DNA from: Podarcis gaigeae
Lineage: Eukaryota
Assembly (NCBI GenBank): GCA_964106915.2
Contig: OZ066918.1
Length of the DNA stretch: 64,000 bases
Reading direction: 5' to 3' (one strand)
Below, piece after piece: positions 1 to 52,196 of this stretch. Numbering within the stretch: position 1 is the first letter of the stretch; each line of letters starts with the position of its first letter. Below the pieces are notes generated by a model. It had not been told where the DNA came from and did no database searches. It worked only from the letters and a program-made list of their open reading frames with translations. The position numbers and the translations under genes were made by a program.

Positions 1-127
1 TTAAAGTCAGATTTCAGTGGTACAACATCCCACACTTAACCCCTAAAATGGGACTTCTCTCAAGCAGGAAATGTGAAACATAATATTCATCGGTGGACTA
101 GCTTATGTGCAATCGAATTACTGATTA

Positions 128-907
128 CCGTATTTTTCGCACAATAGGACGCACCTTGTTTTAGAGGGGGGAGAACAAGAAAAAAAAATTCTCCCCCTCT
201 CTGCCCAGCGCCCCTTCAGCGAAGCTGCAGGAGGTGCTGCGCAGAGAGGGGGAGAACTTTCCCCCTCTTGTTTTCCCGCTCTAAAACAAGGTGCCGTTTA
301 AGGTGCGTTCAGGCGGCTACCTTGGAAGCCTGGAGAGCGAGAGGGGTCGGTGTGCACTGACCCCTCTTGCTCTCCAGGCTTCAGGTTCCTTTCGACCTGC
401 TCTTTTGGGCTGGCGGGGGGGAGCCCACCACCAGCCCCAAAGAGCAGGTCAGGGAGCAGCGGAAAGGCGCAGCGGAGAGGCTCATGCCATAGCCGCGCGT
501 CACCTCTCTAGCCGGGAGAGGGTCGCGGGGCTATGGCTTCTTTAGCCCCGCGCGCGCTCCCCCGGCTGGGGAGGTGACACGCGGCTATAGAGGCTCCTGC
601 CATAGCCGCGCGTCACCTCTCCAGCCAGGAGAGGGTCGCGGGGCTATGGCTTCTTTAGGCTCCTGCCATAGCTGCGCGTCACCTCTCCAGCCGGGAGAGG
701 GTTGCAGGGTGCTTCTTTAGCCCCACGCACGCTCTCTGGGCTAGAGCGGTGACGCGCGGCTATAGAGGCTCCTGCCATAGCCGCGCGTCACCTCTCCAGC
801 CGGGAGAGGGTTGCGGGGCTATGGCGTCTTCGCTCCATAGGACGCACACACATTTCCCTTTCATTTTTGAAGGGGAAAAAGTGTGTCCTATAGAGCGAAA
901 AATACGG
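128..907. mobile_element. Non-autonomous Tc1/mariner-pogo (Tigger-like) DNA element with internal GC-rich repeats
   Basis: TIRs CCGTATTTTTCGCACAATAGGACGCAC / GTGTGTCCTATAGAGCGAAAAATACGG, with TA on both sides (126-127, 908-909). Confidence 0.85.
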
Positions 908-1019
908 TAATCTGTTGCAGAGAATCTATTCGAATCTGCAATGTTTTTACTAGTAATATTCGTTATAATCCATCAATATTCATTTATAGCAGGATGCTAG
1001 AACCATGGCTTGTATAAGT

Positions 1020-1943
1020 GTCCAGAGGCAAATTAGTGTCCTAAGGTCATTGTTCAGTGTCTTTATAAACTATTTGGACAAAGGAATTGAGAGGATACTT
1101 GTCAAATTTGCAGATGACACCAAACTAGGAAGCATAGCTAATGCCACAGAAGACAGAATCAGGATTCAGGATCACCTTATCAAATTGGAGAACCGGGCCC
1201 AGACTAACAGAATGAAATTCACTAGGGGCCAATGTAAGGTTCTAAAGTTAGGTAGGAATAATCAGATAACACAAATATCAGATGGGCACATGGCTTACCA
1301 GTAGCACATGTGAAAAGGATCTAGGGGTCTTAGTAGACAACAAACTTAACATGTGTCAATAGTGCGATGCAGCAGAAAAAAGCAAATGCTATTCTAGGCT
1401 TACCAACAGAAATATAATGTCCAGGACAAGGGAAGTAATAGATCACTCTATTCTCACACCTGGAATACTGTGTCCAGTTCTGGGCACCAAAATTTAAGTA
1501 GTATATTGGCAAGCTAGAACGTTTGTAGAAGAGGGTAACCAAGATGACTCGGGGTTTGGAAACCAAGCCTTATGAGTGAGAGCTGAGGGAGTTCCAAGGA
1601 ACCTGAAAAGGAGGAGCCTAAGAGGAGACATGATAGCCACCTTCAAATATCTATAGGGGTATCTCATGGAAGATGGAGCAAGCTTGTACTCGAGCTAATG
1701 GATTCAAGTTACAAGAAAGATTCTGTCTAAACATCAGAAAGAGCTTTGTGACAGTAAGAGCAGTTTCACAGTGGAACAGATTCCCTTGGGAGGTGGTGGA
1801 CTTTCTTTCCTTGAATGTTTTTAAGCAGTGGTTGGATGACCGTCTGCCACGAATGTTGTAGCTGAAATTCCTGCATTGCAGGGGTTGGACTAGATGACCC
1901 TCGGGATTTCTTCTAGCTCTACAATTTTATGATTCCATGATTC
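1020..1943 (+). mobile_element. CR1 LINE 3' fragment
   Basis: RT motifs KFADDTKLG and KCKVL-like; CR1 3' UTR (gggttggactagatgacc) ending in attYYatg repeats. Confidence 0.9.
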
Positions 1944-2104
1944 AAAGGAACAATTCTGTGTACTTTTGCTATAATCTTACTATCTATTTGGCGCTACAAA
2001 TGTGAGGTCCAAGCACCTCCTTTCTTCTCATTTTTGAATTTACTTATTTCTGGTTCTCTAAGAGCCAACAAAGCATCTTAAAAGGAAAACATACTGTGCT
2101 ATAT

Positions 2105-2329
2105 TCGTTCTGTTCTGGAGCCCCATTCGCATCCTGAAGCGAACGCAATCTGTGACTGCGCGGGTTGCGATTCGCCGCTTCCGCGCATGCACGTGACATC
2201 ATTTTGACCGTCTGTGCATGTGCGAGCGGCGAAACCTGGAAGTAACGCGTTCCATTACTTCTGGGTCGCCGCGGAGCACAACCCGAAAGCGCTCAACCTG
2301 AAGCAACTTCAACCCTAGGTATGACTGTA
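2105..2329. mobile_element. Mariner/Tigger-type MITE, partial
   Basis: Internally palindromic CpG-rich sequence ending ...ggtatgactgta. Confidence 0.55.
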
Positions 2330-2699
2330 TGCACCTTTCACACAGGTGTTTTTGTGCCCTTGCTGATGCAATTCCAGAATTGATGTTGGTAACACTGGTT
2401 TTTTGGAAAATTTTCTGGTGTTCTAAATATATTAGAGTCTGAGTTAGCTTATTTATACAGTACATGGTATAATAATTTTGTTAATTACCTATTCATATAT
2501 TTAGTAAGCATAACTAAAAAGAAAGTCTGATTTTATGTGCTATATAAATATATCAAAAAAATCAATTTGCCAAAAATATTTTAACTGAAAATGCACAATC
2601 TTATTTGAAATTTATATTTAAACAAATCCAAAACTTTAGTTGGAAATTATTTTTACTGTAACAGTTATAAATATTCCCCAGAATGGAAACTCTGTAGTA

Positions 2700-2886
2700 C
2701 AGTGGAACTGTTCGACTTCCAAAACATTCGAAAACCGATGATCAAGGGGTGGTCAGCAAAATCCATTGAAAAAATGGATAAACATGCATTGGAAGCCGTT
2801 CAACGAAAACATTCACTTCCGGGTTGTTGATGTTCAGGTTCTGAATTGTTCATCGATGGAGACGTTCAAGAACTGAGATTCCACTA
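2700..2886. mobile_element. Mariner/Tigger-type MITE
   Basis: ta-CAGTGGAA...TTCCACT-ata termini. Confidence 0.6.
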
Positions 2887-2892
2887 TATATA

Positions 2893-3066
2893 CCATAGTT
2901 ACTTTAATGCACCATCAAATCTAATGCGCACCTCAATTTTCAGAACCTTGCAACCAAAGAAGTATTTGCTGGTGAATGTAAATGTGCCATTGAATCTAAT
3001 GCACACTTTAATTTTTGCAACGTTATTTGGCCAAAAAAGGTGAGCATTAGATTTGAGTAAATACGG
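2893..3066. mobile_element. pogo/Tigger-like MITE (same TIR class as 128-907)
   Basis: aaatctaatgcgcacc ... ggtgagcattagatttgagtaaatacgg-ta. Confidence 0.6.
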
Positions 3067-3984
3067 TACTTCCTTATATTGATTACAGTTTGGGGGGGAA
3101 ATAAGGCACAGGAAACTTATTATACTAATTTCAACATACTTAAAAAAACTACTTCATCTTCATATTTGACTCTTAAAGCTAGTCATCTGAAAAAGTTATT
3201 TAAAACTTTGAAACTGCCCAATTTTCCTATATCAGACATTGCTTGAAATAGAAAAATCTCTTTAGGATTTTTTACATTACACACAATTTTATGTGGGAAC
3301 TTTGGTGGTAGAGAAGGAAAAACTAAGTAGCAGTAACCTGAGTAGTGAAAGAGGAGATCACTAGTCACCTCTGCTTAATTCTTTGTTTCAGATGAGTGTG
3401 ATTGGTTGGTCTGCACTTAATGCAGGTAATGTTATGTAAGGCTGTTTAACAATCATTTCTGTACTGAGTTTGTAGGCTGTAGAAAGCCAGTTCTAATACT
3501 AGTGTTACATGGTTTCCAGCTTCATTGAGATGTAAAGTCTGTGTGAGCAGCTTGTACACATTGCTCCATCCCTTTGGATACTCTACCACCAAAAATGAAT
3601 GCAAATAATAATAATTTGTTATTTTATAAAAAGTAAATGATATATATAAAGCAAATACATAAGGTGTTTCTTCCCCCAAAAAACCAGATTGCCTAACAAA
3701 GTTTTCAAAAATCTACAAAAAAATCTTTTACAAAAAAGACTTTTTTTTTTACTTGTGTGTTGGCACTTTCAGCTTGCAATCACAACAGTGTTGTGCAGAA
3801 GAAAATTTGTCACTACTACATTTTCCATTGACAAAGACTTGTATAAAAAAGTATTGTTGCAAAAAACGAAATAAATCCATAGCATAATGAATGAATGAAT
3901 GATTAATTTTTGTAAAGAAATGGTCCCTAGGAAGTATGTATGTGGTTGGCCTGGGTGACATATTGATACATCACCCAGGACCAA

Positions 3985-4110
3985 TTTGAGGGCCAGAGTG
4001 TGATGGTGCCTTCACCCGGTGGTATATCAGAGGTGAAACTACCACTGTTCCTGAGGTTTCACTGGCAATGTACCATTGGGTGAAGGTGCCATCACGCGCT
4101 GGCCCTCAAA
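3985..4110. repeat. Hairpin MITE-like inverted repeat
   Basis: tttgagggccagagtgtgatggtgccttcaccc ... gggtgaaggtgccatcacgcgctggccctcaaa. Confidence 0.6.
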
Positions 4111-4327
4111 CCGAGGGAGGACTAAGCCATGAGGTACCTTGGCATGCCAGACATTGGTGGTAGAGGGAGTCCCTTCACTGCCAGAATGCGGAGGAACAAG
4201 CTCCATCATGGCTTAGCATGTCATCTGAACCGAGGCTTATGCTTATCCTGTGTTTGAAGTAACCACAAGCTGTAACCTCCTGGTGTGATATTTATGCAAC
4301 ATATCTACAATGGAAAACACTATAAGG

Positions 4328-4463
4328 CAGTGGTGGCCAAACTTGGCCCTCCAGCTGTTTTTGGACTACAACTCCCATCATCCCTAGCTAACAGGACCAG
4401 TGGTCAGGGATGATTGGAATTGTAGTCCCAAAACAGCTGGAGGGCCAAGTTTGGCTACCACTG
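4328..4463. mobile_element. hAT-family MITE, fully palindromic
   Basis: CAGTGGTGGCCAAACTT...AAGTTTGGCTACCACTG with 8-bp TSD CTATAAGG (4320-4327, 4464-4471). Confidence 0.92.
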
Positions 4464-4718
4464 CTATAAGGAGTTTCCTATGTTCCTAACACAGTGCACT
4501 TTTTATCATTTATAAACTGAACAAACTAAATGAAATCTCAGTTTATAAAGAACAACATAATATTTATAGGAAGATAGTACTACTGGTACTTAGTGTTCAT
4601 CATTTATATAAAACTTTTAATTTTATAACATACTCTGTAATCTCTATTGACACATTCACAACAGCTCTGAGCAGGACACTTGTTTCTTTGCTACAGATTG
4701 GAAACTGGGGAAGATTAT

Positions 4719-5167
4719 TGTCAGGGAACTGCCATCAGCTCAGAGGCGAGAGATAGAGGGAGGAGGAGTTGTGTTACAGGGAGCCCCCGAAAATCTTGTG
4801 AAGCAGTTCCTCTTCCGTGGAGGAGGAAAGCCCAACCTCCCGTGGAGAAGAGGTGCAAGAGGCAGAGGATGCTAGAGAGAGCCTTAACACTGTGCCTGAG
4901 CAAGCCGGAGAGGGAAGCACACCCCTGCCATCCCCGGTCATGCACAGTAGTTTGAGGCGCAGGGAGGGGCGGAAAAGGCGCGGGGTGATGAAACTTATAT
5001 GTTGGGGGAGGTGAAAAAAAGATCGCTCCTGGATTCTGCTAGCAATTGAGCGAGACATGAACTTATGACGCTCTTCACTGTAAATAGTTTGCACCAAAAT
5101 AAAGCCTGTAAAAGACAGGTCGGAGTCCTGCCTGGTTACTCTCGAGCAACCACAAGAGCATCTGACA
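4719..5167 (+). mobile_element. Solo LTR
   Basis: TGTCAG...CTGACA termini, 5-bp TSD ATTAT (4714-4718, 5168-5172), AATAAA at 5098. Confidence 0.88.
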
Positions 5168-6083
5168 ATTATCTTCCATGATGAAGGTAAAGCTTGAACC
5201 CAGACAAGGCCTTTGGTATGCCCACTGGCTTCTTAATCTATGTAAGCTATATTTTAGCTAAACAAGTAGCCTCTTGCAGGTCTTTTACATGACATCAAAG
5301 TTGTTGAAATTTGACACCTGAATTTTCAAGCAGAAATACAGCAGATGACTAATTTGGAAGTTAAGCATTTTAACACTGTTGTATTGCAACAGATGGTTAA
5401 ACGGTTTCATATACATAATAACTGCAAAATTATTTCACTCTAGCCTGTTTCTTGAATCTTGTAAATTCTGTAATTATAAGCTGTTTAGAACAAAGATGGG
5501 AAATGATACTTGTACGTACTAAATAACTGGAATCATCATTTTTTATAGTTTGGTTGCAAAAGTAGTCTAGACCCTTTTGTTTAGAAATGGCTTGCTATTG
5601 ATATTATTGGGGTGACCCAGAAGTTTAGTTTTCTTACTTATTTTTTCTTACCAGTTTTCTTTCAAACATACACCTTACATTTGCTCCCTGAAGGTAAAAT
5701 AAAGGTGGCTGTCACAAAATATTCTAGAGAAATGCCATTTTGATTTTGTTGGTGGTTCTAAAGAGGGTGTCATTGTCCCCATATGGCCTTTATATATACA
5801 GATTAGGCAGCATGGATGCATTCCTGTGCCAGACTATGAGACAGGGGGAAAGTTAAGTGTGTCCTGACAACCTTTACTAGCAGCTGCTTTACTTACCGCG
5901 CTGTAAGGGAAGGGGAAGGAGCTGAACTGGTATGTACGAGTCACTAGATGCAGCCCTTATAGGATTCAAGCACTCTGACCAGGCAGTTGTAGCTGGCTCC
6001 TTCCTCCTCAGTCCTCTTCCAGATACAGTGTGTCATAGGATCTAATACCATCGTTTGCTACCTCTATCTTCCAAGAGGCATTA

Positions 6084-6298
6084 CAGTGGTACCTCGGGTT
6101 ACAGACGCTTCAGGTCACAGACTCTGCTAACCCAGAAATATTACCTCGGGTTAAGAACTTTGCTTCAGGATGAGAACAGAAATTGCACGGCGGCAGCGGA
6201 AGGCCCCATTAGCTAGAGTGGTACCTCAGGTTAAGAACAGTTTCAGGTTAAGAACGGATCTCCAGAACGAATTAAATTCTTAACCCAAGGTACCACTG
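6084..6298. mobile_element. Mariner-type MITE
   Basis: TA-CAGTGGTACCTCGGGTTA...TAACCCAAGGTACCACTG-TA. Confidence 0.9.
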
Positions 6299-7755
6299 TA
6301 TCAGAGTACGAGGACATGTTCCAGCCATGCAACAACACTTAGATGTGATACGGCGCCAGTGAGGCGGGTGGCCTTGGGAGAGCTCAAAGGCCAGAGAGAG
6401 AGGCCAAAGAGCTGCATTTGGCTCTGAAGCCTGAGGTTTCCCACGACTGGGCTAGATAACGTCCTGTATTTTCTTAGGAGAAAGATAAAAGGCCAGACTG
6501 ATGAAACCATTTTTCATATGTATTTTTATTGATTTAAATTTGTATTCCAGTTCTTCACTGAAGTCCTTGAAGTGGCTTATAACATCCACAGTTCTGTTAA
6601 AAGCCTTACAGTGTAATAAGCATAAAAAATAAGTTAATCCAAGAGAAATGAGTTTGAGTGGGGGAGAAAAGACATTAGAAAACAGGAATACCGAGCAGAA
6701 TGAAAATGTTTTTGTTTAAAAATAAAAAATCCTGCCACACGTAGAATATGTTAATTTGGAAGGGAGCTGTAGAAGGGACTGCTTGGAGCTGTTCAGAAGT
6801 AGGTGTATAATGGGACCTTTGCCTGCAGCCTCATCCCCTGAGTTCTCTCTTAAAGTGCAGCTAGTGCTGCTGTGATGGGGAAGGTGACATCATAGCTGAA
6901 CCCAGGAGCTTGTAGTGATGGTGTATTTGCCTGCCTGCCTGCCTCCAACAGAAACATTTTAAATTAGAAAAAATAGCCTTAATTTAACACTGACAATTGT
7001 TTAACAAACAATAAATGAGCTTTCACTTTACAAGTGGAGTGTAAGAAAATTCATACGTTGTCCTTCTCAAAAATCGAAGTCAATATTTGTCTTTGGTTGT
7101 AGCTAAATACTTATTTAATATAGTATTAGTAACTTGTGCATTGCCACCTACAAGGTAATTACTGTGTTACTTTGCTTCTGTGGTGTGTGAGATCAGTTAC
7201 TAATCGTTTTAATTGACTCACAAGGGAGTACAAACCTATTCTGGGAAGCCATATCCTGTTTTCAGTATTGCATTTTACATTAGTTGTACAATAGGAGGCC
7301 CTATTGATTGTTCCACCACTCTCAGAAGCTGGGGGATAAGAGTGGGAGAGGACATTCTCTATAGCAACCCCTAAGTTGCGGAACTCCCTCCCTGCATGGA
7401 TGTGTCTGGCATCTTCTTTATATAGCATTTGCAAATGCTGAAGACACACCTCTTTACCCAGACTTTGGATAGCTGATATGTATATTTTTAGGTCCCACCT
7501 TATTTCTGTGATTGTAAGTTGTTTTAACTGTTTTTACTTTTGCGTTTTAGTTGTTGTAACAGCTCTGGGGCCTAAGGTGAAGGGTGGATTGATGATGATG
7601 GATGGATGAAATATTTTTTTCATAAGTTTTAAATTTCCTATTAATGATGGGCTAATGTTGCACATGTTAAAAAGCTGCCTTGTTTATGTTAGAAATTCTA
7701 GTACTATTCAGATTTCTTATATCTTGGCATTCCTAGCTGAAACCTTCATTTTTAA

Positions 7756-47160
<39,405 letters not shown>

Positions 47161-48040
47161 AAGAGGTTATGACTGGGCAAGTCCCAGTCTTTCTAGGACA
47201 GTATTTAAATACACCTATTGCAGAATCATTGAGAAAGTAATTCTGCAATCCCACAAACCTGGACTCTATGAATGGAGATAAATGAATGTGCATTAGTTCC
47301 TAAGAAGGTCTATTCAAAGATTAAATGCCAGCTAGTAATGCCATCACAACTACCTTTGTTTCATTCTCCTTGCCATCCCAGTCCCTCATCACTTCCATAT
47401 TTCTTGCATTGATTTTTGAAGATAAAAGCTGGATGTTTTTTTAGTGTTGTGAGACATGGAGCACCTCCACAGATTTCAGTTCATGTCCAGAAGAACTTGT
47501 TTCTATATGTACAGTTGTCAGGAAAAAGTTGAGTTGTTTTTGTATGAATACAGAATGCAATTTGTCCAAAAATTAACAAATGGAGTTTGTGATTTTTTTA
47601 TATACATATTTTCACATCTTCCCTCTATCATTCCCCACACAGTATCTTTCATGTAGTATAAACTGATGCATAGACTGCATTCTTGTCTCTGGATACAAAA
47701 GCATCCAGTTGTCAGAATCTTGGCAACTTACTACTGTTATACTGATCTTGAGGGATATCAAACAGAAGCAAAATTTCACAAAACAAGACGTTATTTGAAC
47801 AATCAGTTCCCCAAAAATTTGTGTGAATGTATGCAGTGTCTATATTTGTTATTCACTGTGTACACAGAGTCACTGGAATTAAGGTATGAGTTGCAGAAAC
47901 AATTCCTTGAGCAATCTTCTGACACAATCTTGAAAGTGCAATTTCAACAGCTAATATTACCAATGTTTTAGATTCTGGCTAGTAAAGAATACCCAGAATT
48001 GGCAGGTGAAGCTATTATCCATATTTCTCAACAATAAAAA

Positions 48041-48170
48041 AGGTAAAGGTACCCCTAACCATTAGGTCCAGTCGTGACCGACTCTGGGGTTGCGACGCTC
48101 ATCTCGCTCTATGGGCTGAGGGAGCCGGCGTTTGTCCGCAGACAGCTTCCGGGTCATGTGGCCAGCATGA
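48041..48170 (-). mobile_element. 5'-truncated Sauria SINE inserted in the hAT relic
   Basis: Reverse complement of the 3' part of 21186-21533, with (AAAGGT) tail. Confidence 0.88.
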
Positions 48171-48353
48171 CCCTTAAAAACAAAACAAGAAACAGTTTAG
48201 CTGAAGGAAAGGAGTTGCTTTTCTAATATCACCCCTTACTGGAATGAAATCTGGAAGAACAAACATGCTCAGGTGTTCCACTGAAAGTGTCTTTAAAAAC
48301 AACAACATTGCTTTTCAAAAGCTTTTCTGTCTTTTTGCTAAAAGTCATTAGTG

Positions 48354-48400
48354 TATTATTATTATTATTATTATTACTACTACTACTACTACTACTACTA
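48354..48400. repeat. (ATT)n(ACT)n microsatellite
   Basis: Direct reading. Confidence 0.9.
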
Positions 48401-51400
48401 AATAAGTAAACTATATATATTGCTCTGAATTATTTTAGGATTATTAATGTACATTATTGGCATTATTAAGTATAAATCAAAAGTGAAAGTGGGTGCCATG
48501 TTGCAGGTTTGGACTTGGAAGTGGGTCTTGGGTCTGGACAAGTTTAAAACCACTAAGGGTTATACTGCATACCAAACATTGGGGGGGGGGGGGGAATCAC
48601 TGAGCCTTAAGACTTCTGTCACAAGGAATCAAGACTCCTTGGCCTAGGCTTTAATTATTCAATTTTATTAACAAAAATGACACACTGCACATATCTGCAA
48701 AGCAAGTGAACGTAAAGCACATACTGTACATGTTTCTCCATTTCTCTTTGGTAGACAGTTTATTCCAATAGTGAAGCCTACCCAACTGCAGAAGAAAAGA
48801 ACTAGAAAACAGCATTCTGGTGAAGTTTATTTTGTGCTTTTAAGTTTTGTTAAGTCTTTGTAGACATATGTCTACAGGGAAGCTTTGCAGTCTCTACGTT
48901 ATGCTGGTACATTTCTCAAGAGATGATCTGGCAATATTAAAATATCTGAAAACCTTTTGGATGTGGTCAGTGCAGAGACAATACTGGTTCCAGCTAGCTC
49001 TGGGAATGCCTGCTCCTTCCACCTCAACCACAGTTAAATGGGAAATACACATAGCAATCTTAAGCACAGTTATAACCAACCATCTAAAAAAAAACCACAC
49101 ACACACCAGTAAAATATTGTTTTTAGCCCCTATTTAGATCTGAGGTTTTTTTAATGTAATTCAAATCAGTTTCACTTCTGAAAGTGCTATCAGCTAGTTC
49201 TGTAAACACTTCTACTGAGACCCAAAATACTTCAAAATAAGTTTGCAAAAACTGAATCTAACCATTTCTTTCAAATGACAAGGGACTGAACAACTATGTA
49301 TCTACTTGAATACAAAAATGTACACTAATACAAAAACCAATCACTTACAGCCCAAATCTAATGTGCCCTCCCAATGTTGGTGGCTTGTGGGAAGATAGAA
49401 TACTATGCTTGTTACTCCCTGACAGCAAAGAGATGTGCTGCTGGTTTACAGGGTGGGGGCTCTACTATAGTGCAGGCTCCACCTTTGATGGGTGGAAAGC
49501 CAGCAATAAGACGTGAAATGGGTCAGGATGCCAGGGCTCTGGATCCTGTGCTTCCTCTGAGAGGCTTGATCCATAGGCTTCTCAGCTATGCTAGCCTGGA
49601 GCTGGCACAGCAAAAATTTAAGAAAGAAAACCCCCTTCCACCCTGGCAAGCAAAAGCAGCAGAGTATGAGATAAAGCACCCTCTGCTCTATTGATATCAG
49701 GGCAGGGTTAGCCTACCTGTTAGGCTATGTACCTCGTTGTAAGTCCCTTTTAACTCAGCAGGGCTTCCTTCTGAGTAAACAGGATTGCACTGTTAAATGT
49801 GCTCTACAATGTGTCATGCTAATTAACACTATTTTTTAAAGTCCCAATTAAAAGATTTCAGAATATTTTTATCACACAATTTAACAACACTTAGCACCAT
49901 TTTGATTCAGATCTGCGGCATCTGCCATAGCCTGATTTCACTACAATGCAGGACCCACAAATCTCAAGTTTGAAAATGTAAACAAATAGGCCATCTTAAT
50001 AGCAGATCACAACCTAAAGCCATAATCCTATGCATTTATTTTTTAAAAAAGTCTCACTAGGACTTGCTTCTAGTAAACATGCACAGGATTGGGCTGTACA
50101 TCAAGCAGTCAAAGTATCTATTCAGACATACTAGCTACTAAATTACTTTCAAGTTTTACACTTCATGTCCCCCACTGATGCAGCATTTTTTTTTTGAAGA
50201 TAGTGCTCTTAACATTCCCACTACAGCAAGAAGCCTTTCTCAGTAACGTACTTTTGAACTGGAAGTTATTTGCATATCATTTTTTATTGTTGTCAAAAAT
50301 GTTTTATTGAGAGCTACAGACTTTGAAAAACTAATACTTTAACATTTGGCTGCAAACTCTAAGCCATTTTGCAAGGCTTACTTTATTGACTTCAAATAAC
50401 ACTAAGAGCCACAATTAAGAGGCAGCTTCAATGGTTAGTTTTAAAATTACATTATAGCAACTTACACTGCCAAAGTGTAGTGCTTGCAGCTGCTATTGGT
50501 TTAAGTGGTTTACAGATTACATTTGTGGAGCAAAATGAACTTTACTCAGGTGATTTTGGTAGTGCATATTGTTATATTAAATATGTCTACGTGATACCCA
50601 TCCATCACACCACTTATCAATACTTCTAAGCTGTAGCAAGAACTAGGAGCCTGTGCAGTTCAGATTCAACCCATGGGCTTACAAAATCTTCAATGCAAAC
50701 ATGGAATAAGTTATGGCAGAATAATATATGACAGATAGCCCCATGATCCAAAGAAGTTGAGGATAATATATTCAGGCACAGCTTTTTCACATATATTGTG
50801 ATTTCCCAAAGTCACAACAAAAGCATAACCCATTATGGCAGAATTAGCCCCATGTCTATATTATACTTGTCTTTAGAATCACTGGTGTGAACTTCAGCAG
50901 TCTCATGGTCATGCCGTTTTGAATATGATCAGACATAGAAGTCATTGCTTGAATAGGAAGTATGCTGGAAGTCAGCCCAAGAAAGAACTTGTGTTATGGA
51001 TAAACAAAGTACTATATATACTAGGAGCCTGCTGACTGATACTGCTGACTTTTAGTAAGGCAAGAGGTTACATGGCAATTGGGAATGTTATGATGCTAGG
51101 GAACTGAATGGAAGCAAATCACAACAGCTTCCAAATTTATTTCCTGCTCTGGCTCTGAAAAGATGAAGAGACAAACTGATGATTTAGACCATCTCAAAAG
51201 AGTTTAAGGTTCAACTACTCATTACCGAAATCACACTTTTTGAGCAGCTTCTTCTGAAGGAAAAAGAGCTGATCAGGCAAGTAGTAAATAGCAACTTCTT
51301 TTTCACCCTACCATGCATCAGAGGCTGGAAAGGGTAAGGAACCATCCAGTCAGTAAACCTCTAACACATACACACCAGAGTAGCCATCTCATCCTCACTT

Positions 51401-52196
51401 ACTTGTGCTATTCCTCTGGATGGTGCAGAGATGGGGACTGAACCCAGCATAGTTAATAGCAAGTGGGAATGTCATTCTTGCTACTATCATATAGTCTTTC
51501 AGCCACTCTAAGCAGCAAGAGACAGGCAAGTGAGGCTTGCCACTACTTGGGACAGACCATTCCAGAAGAAATGAACTATCTGCTTGTAGTCTCTCATTAA
51601 GCAGCACAACAGACCAGTTGCTTCTTCAAAACAGAAGTGACATCATTGAAAACACTTTCATAAAAGCCTGTTTGATATATTATGCAGTTGGGTTCTAAGA
51701 CAAAGAGATAGGTCTGGCATCAATGTGCACCCTCAGGGAATCTGCCAACACATACTTGTACACTTGGCTGGATCTGCCTGTTAAAAAAAAAAAACCCCTC
51801 ATCACCTGCCGCTGAGAGGGCATCAGAGAACAAGGGGAGACACAAAAAGACCTTTACCCAATTAAAGCCCTTAATTGGTTCAATTGCTTGAGTAGCTTGT
51901 TCAGCCAAGTTCATACACCTTTGTTGCAATTAACTTCAACTCTCCTTTTCAACTGCCTTGTGCGAAGGATGCAGTGTCCCGGTTAGGTTACTCAAGTGCT
52001 CCTCTGCCCTCGATTCGAAAAGATAAACAGTAAAGAAACGTTATCCTACAAAATGCCCCATGGGCAGTCGGGTCTGGCCTGGAGACGACGTCCCGTGCTG
52101 CGCGTTGGTTTGGAGACGGGCAAGGGGCTCTTTACCACAGACATCGATCTTGTTTTCCCACGTCCATGAAGGGCTTCACCCCCTCGACGACCGTCC

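Larger units (their letters stand above)
47870..48555 (+). mobile_element. hAT (Charlie/Buster-like) transposase C-terminal relic plus probable right end
   Basis: ELQKQFLEQSSDTILKVQF...MF*...KEYPELAGEA / KNKTRNSL / SNITPYWNEIWKNKHAQVFH*; hAT-like terminus aagtttaaaaccact ~48541-48554. Confidence 0.7.

Noticed and set aside
230-830. GC-rich region and 84-aa ORF as the WDR33 promoter/exon 1 or a gene
   Set aside because: It lies wholly inside a TIR-bounded element with TA duplication. The GC content comes from internal repeats.
478-830. CRISPR-like array
   Set aside because: Eukaryotic context; the inter-repeat segments are inverted copies of the unit, not unique spacers; no cas genes.
4680-5097. 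Cluster of four overlapping ORFs
   Set aside because: Purine/GC-rich solo LTR sequence, no recognisable protein.
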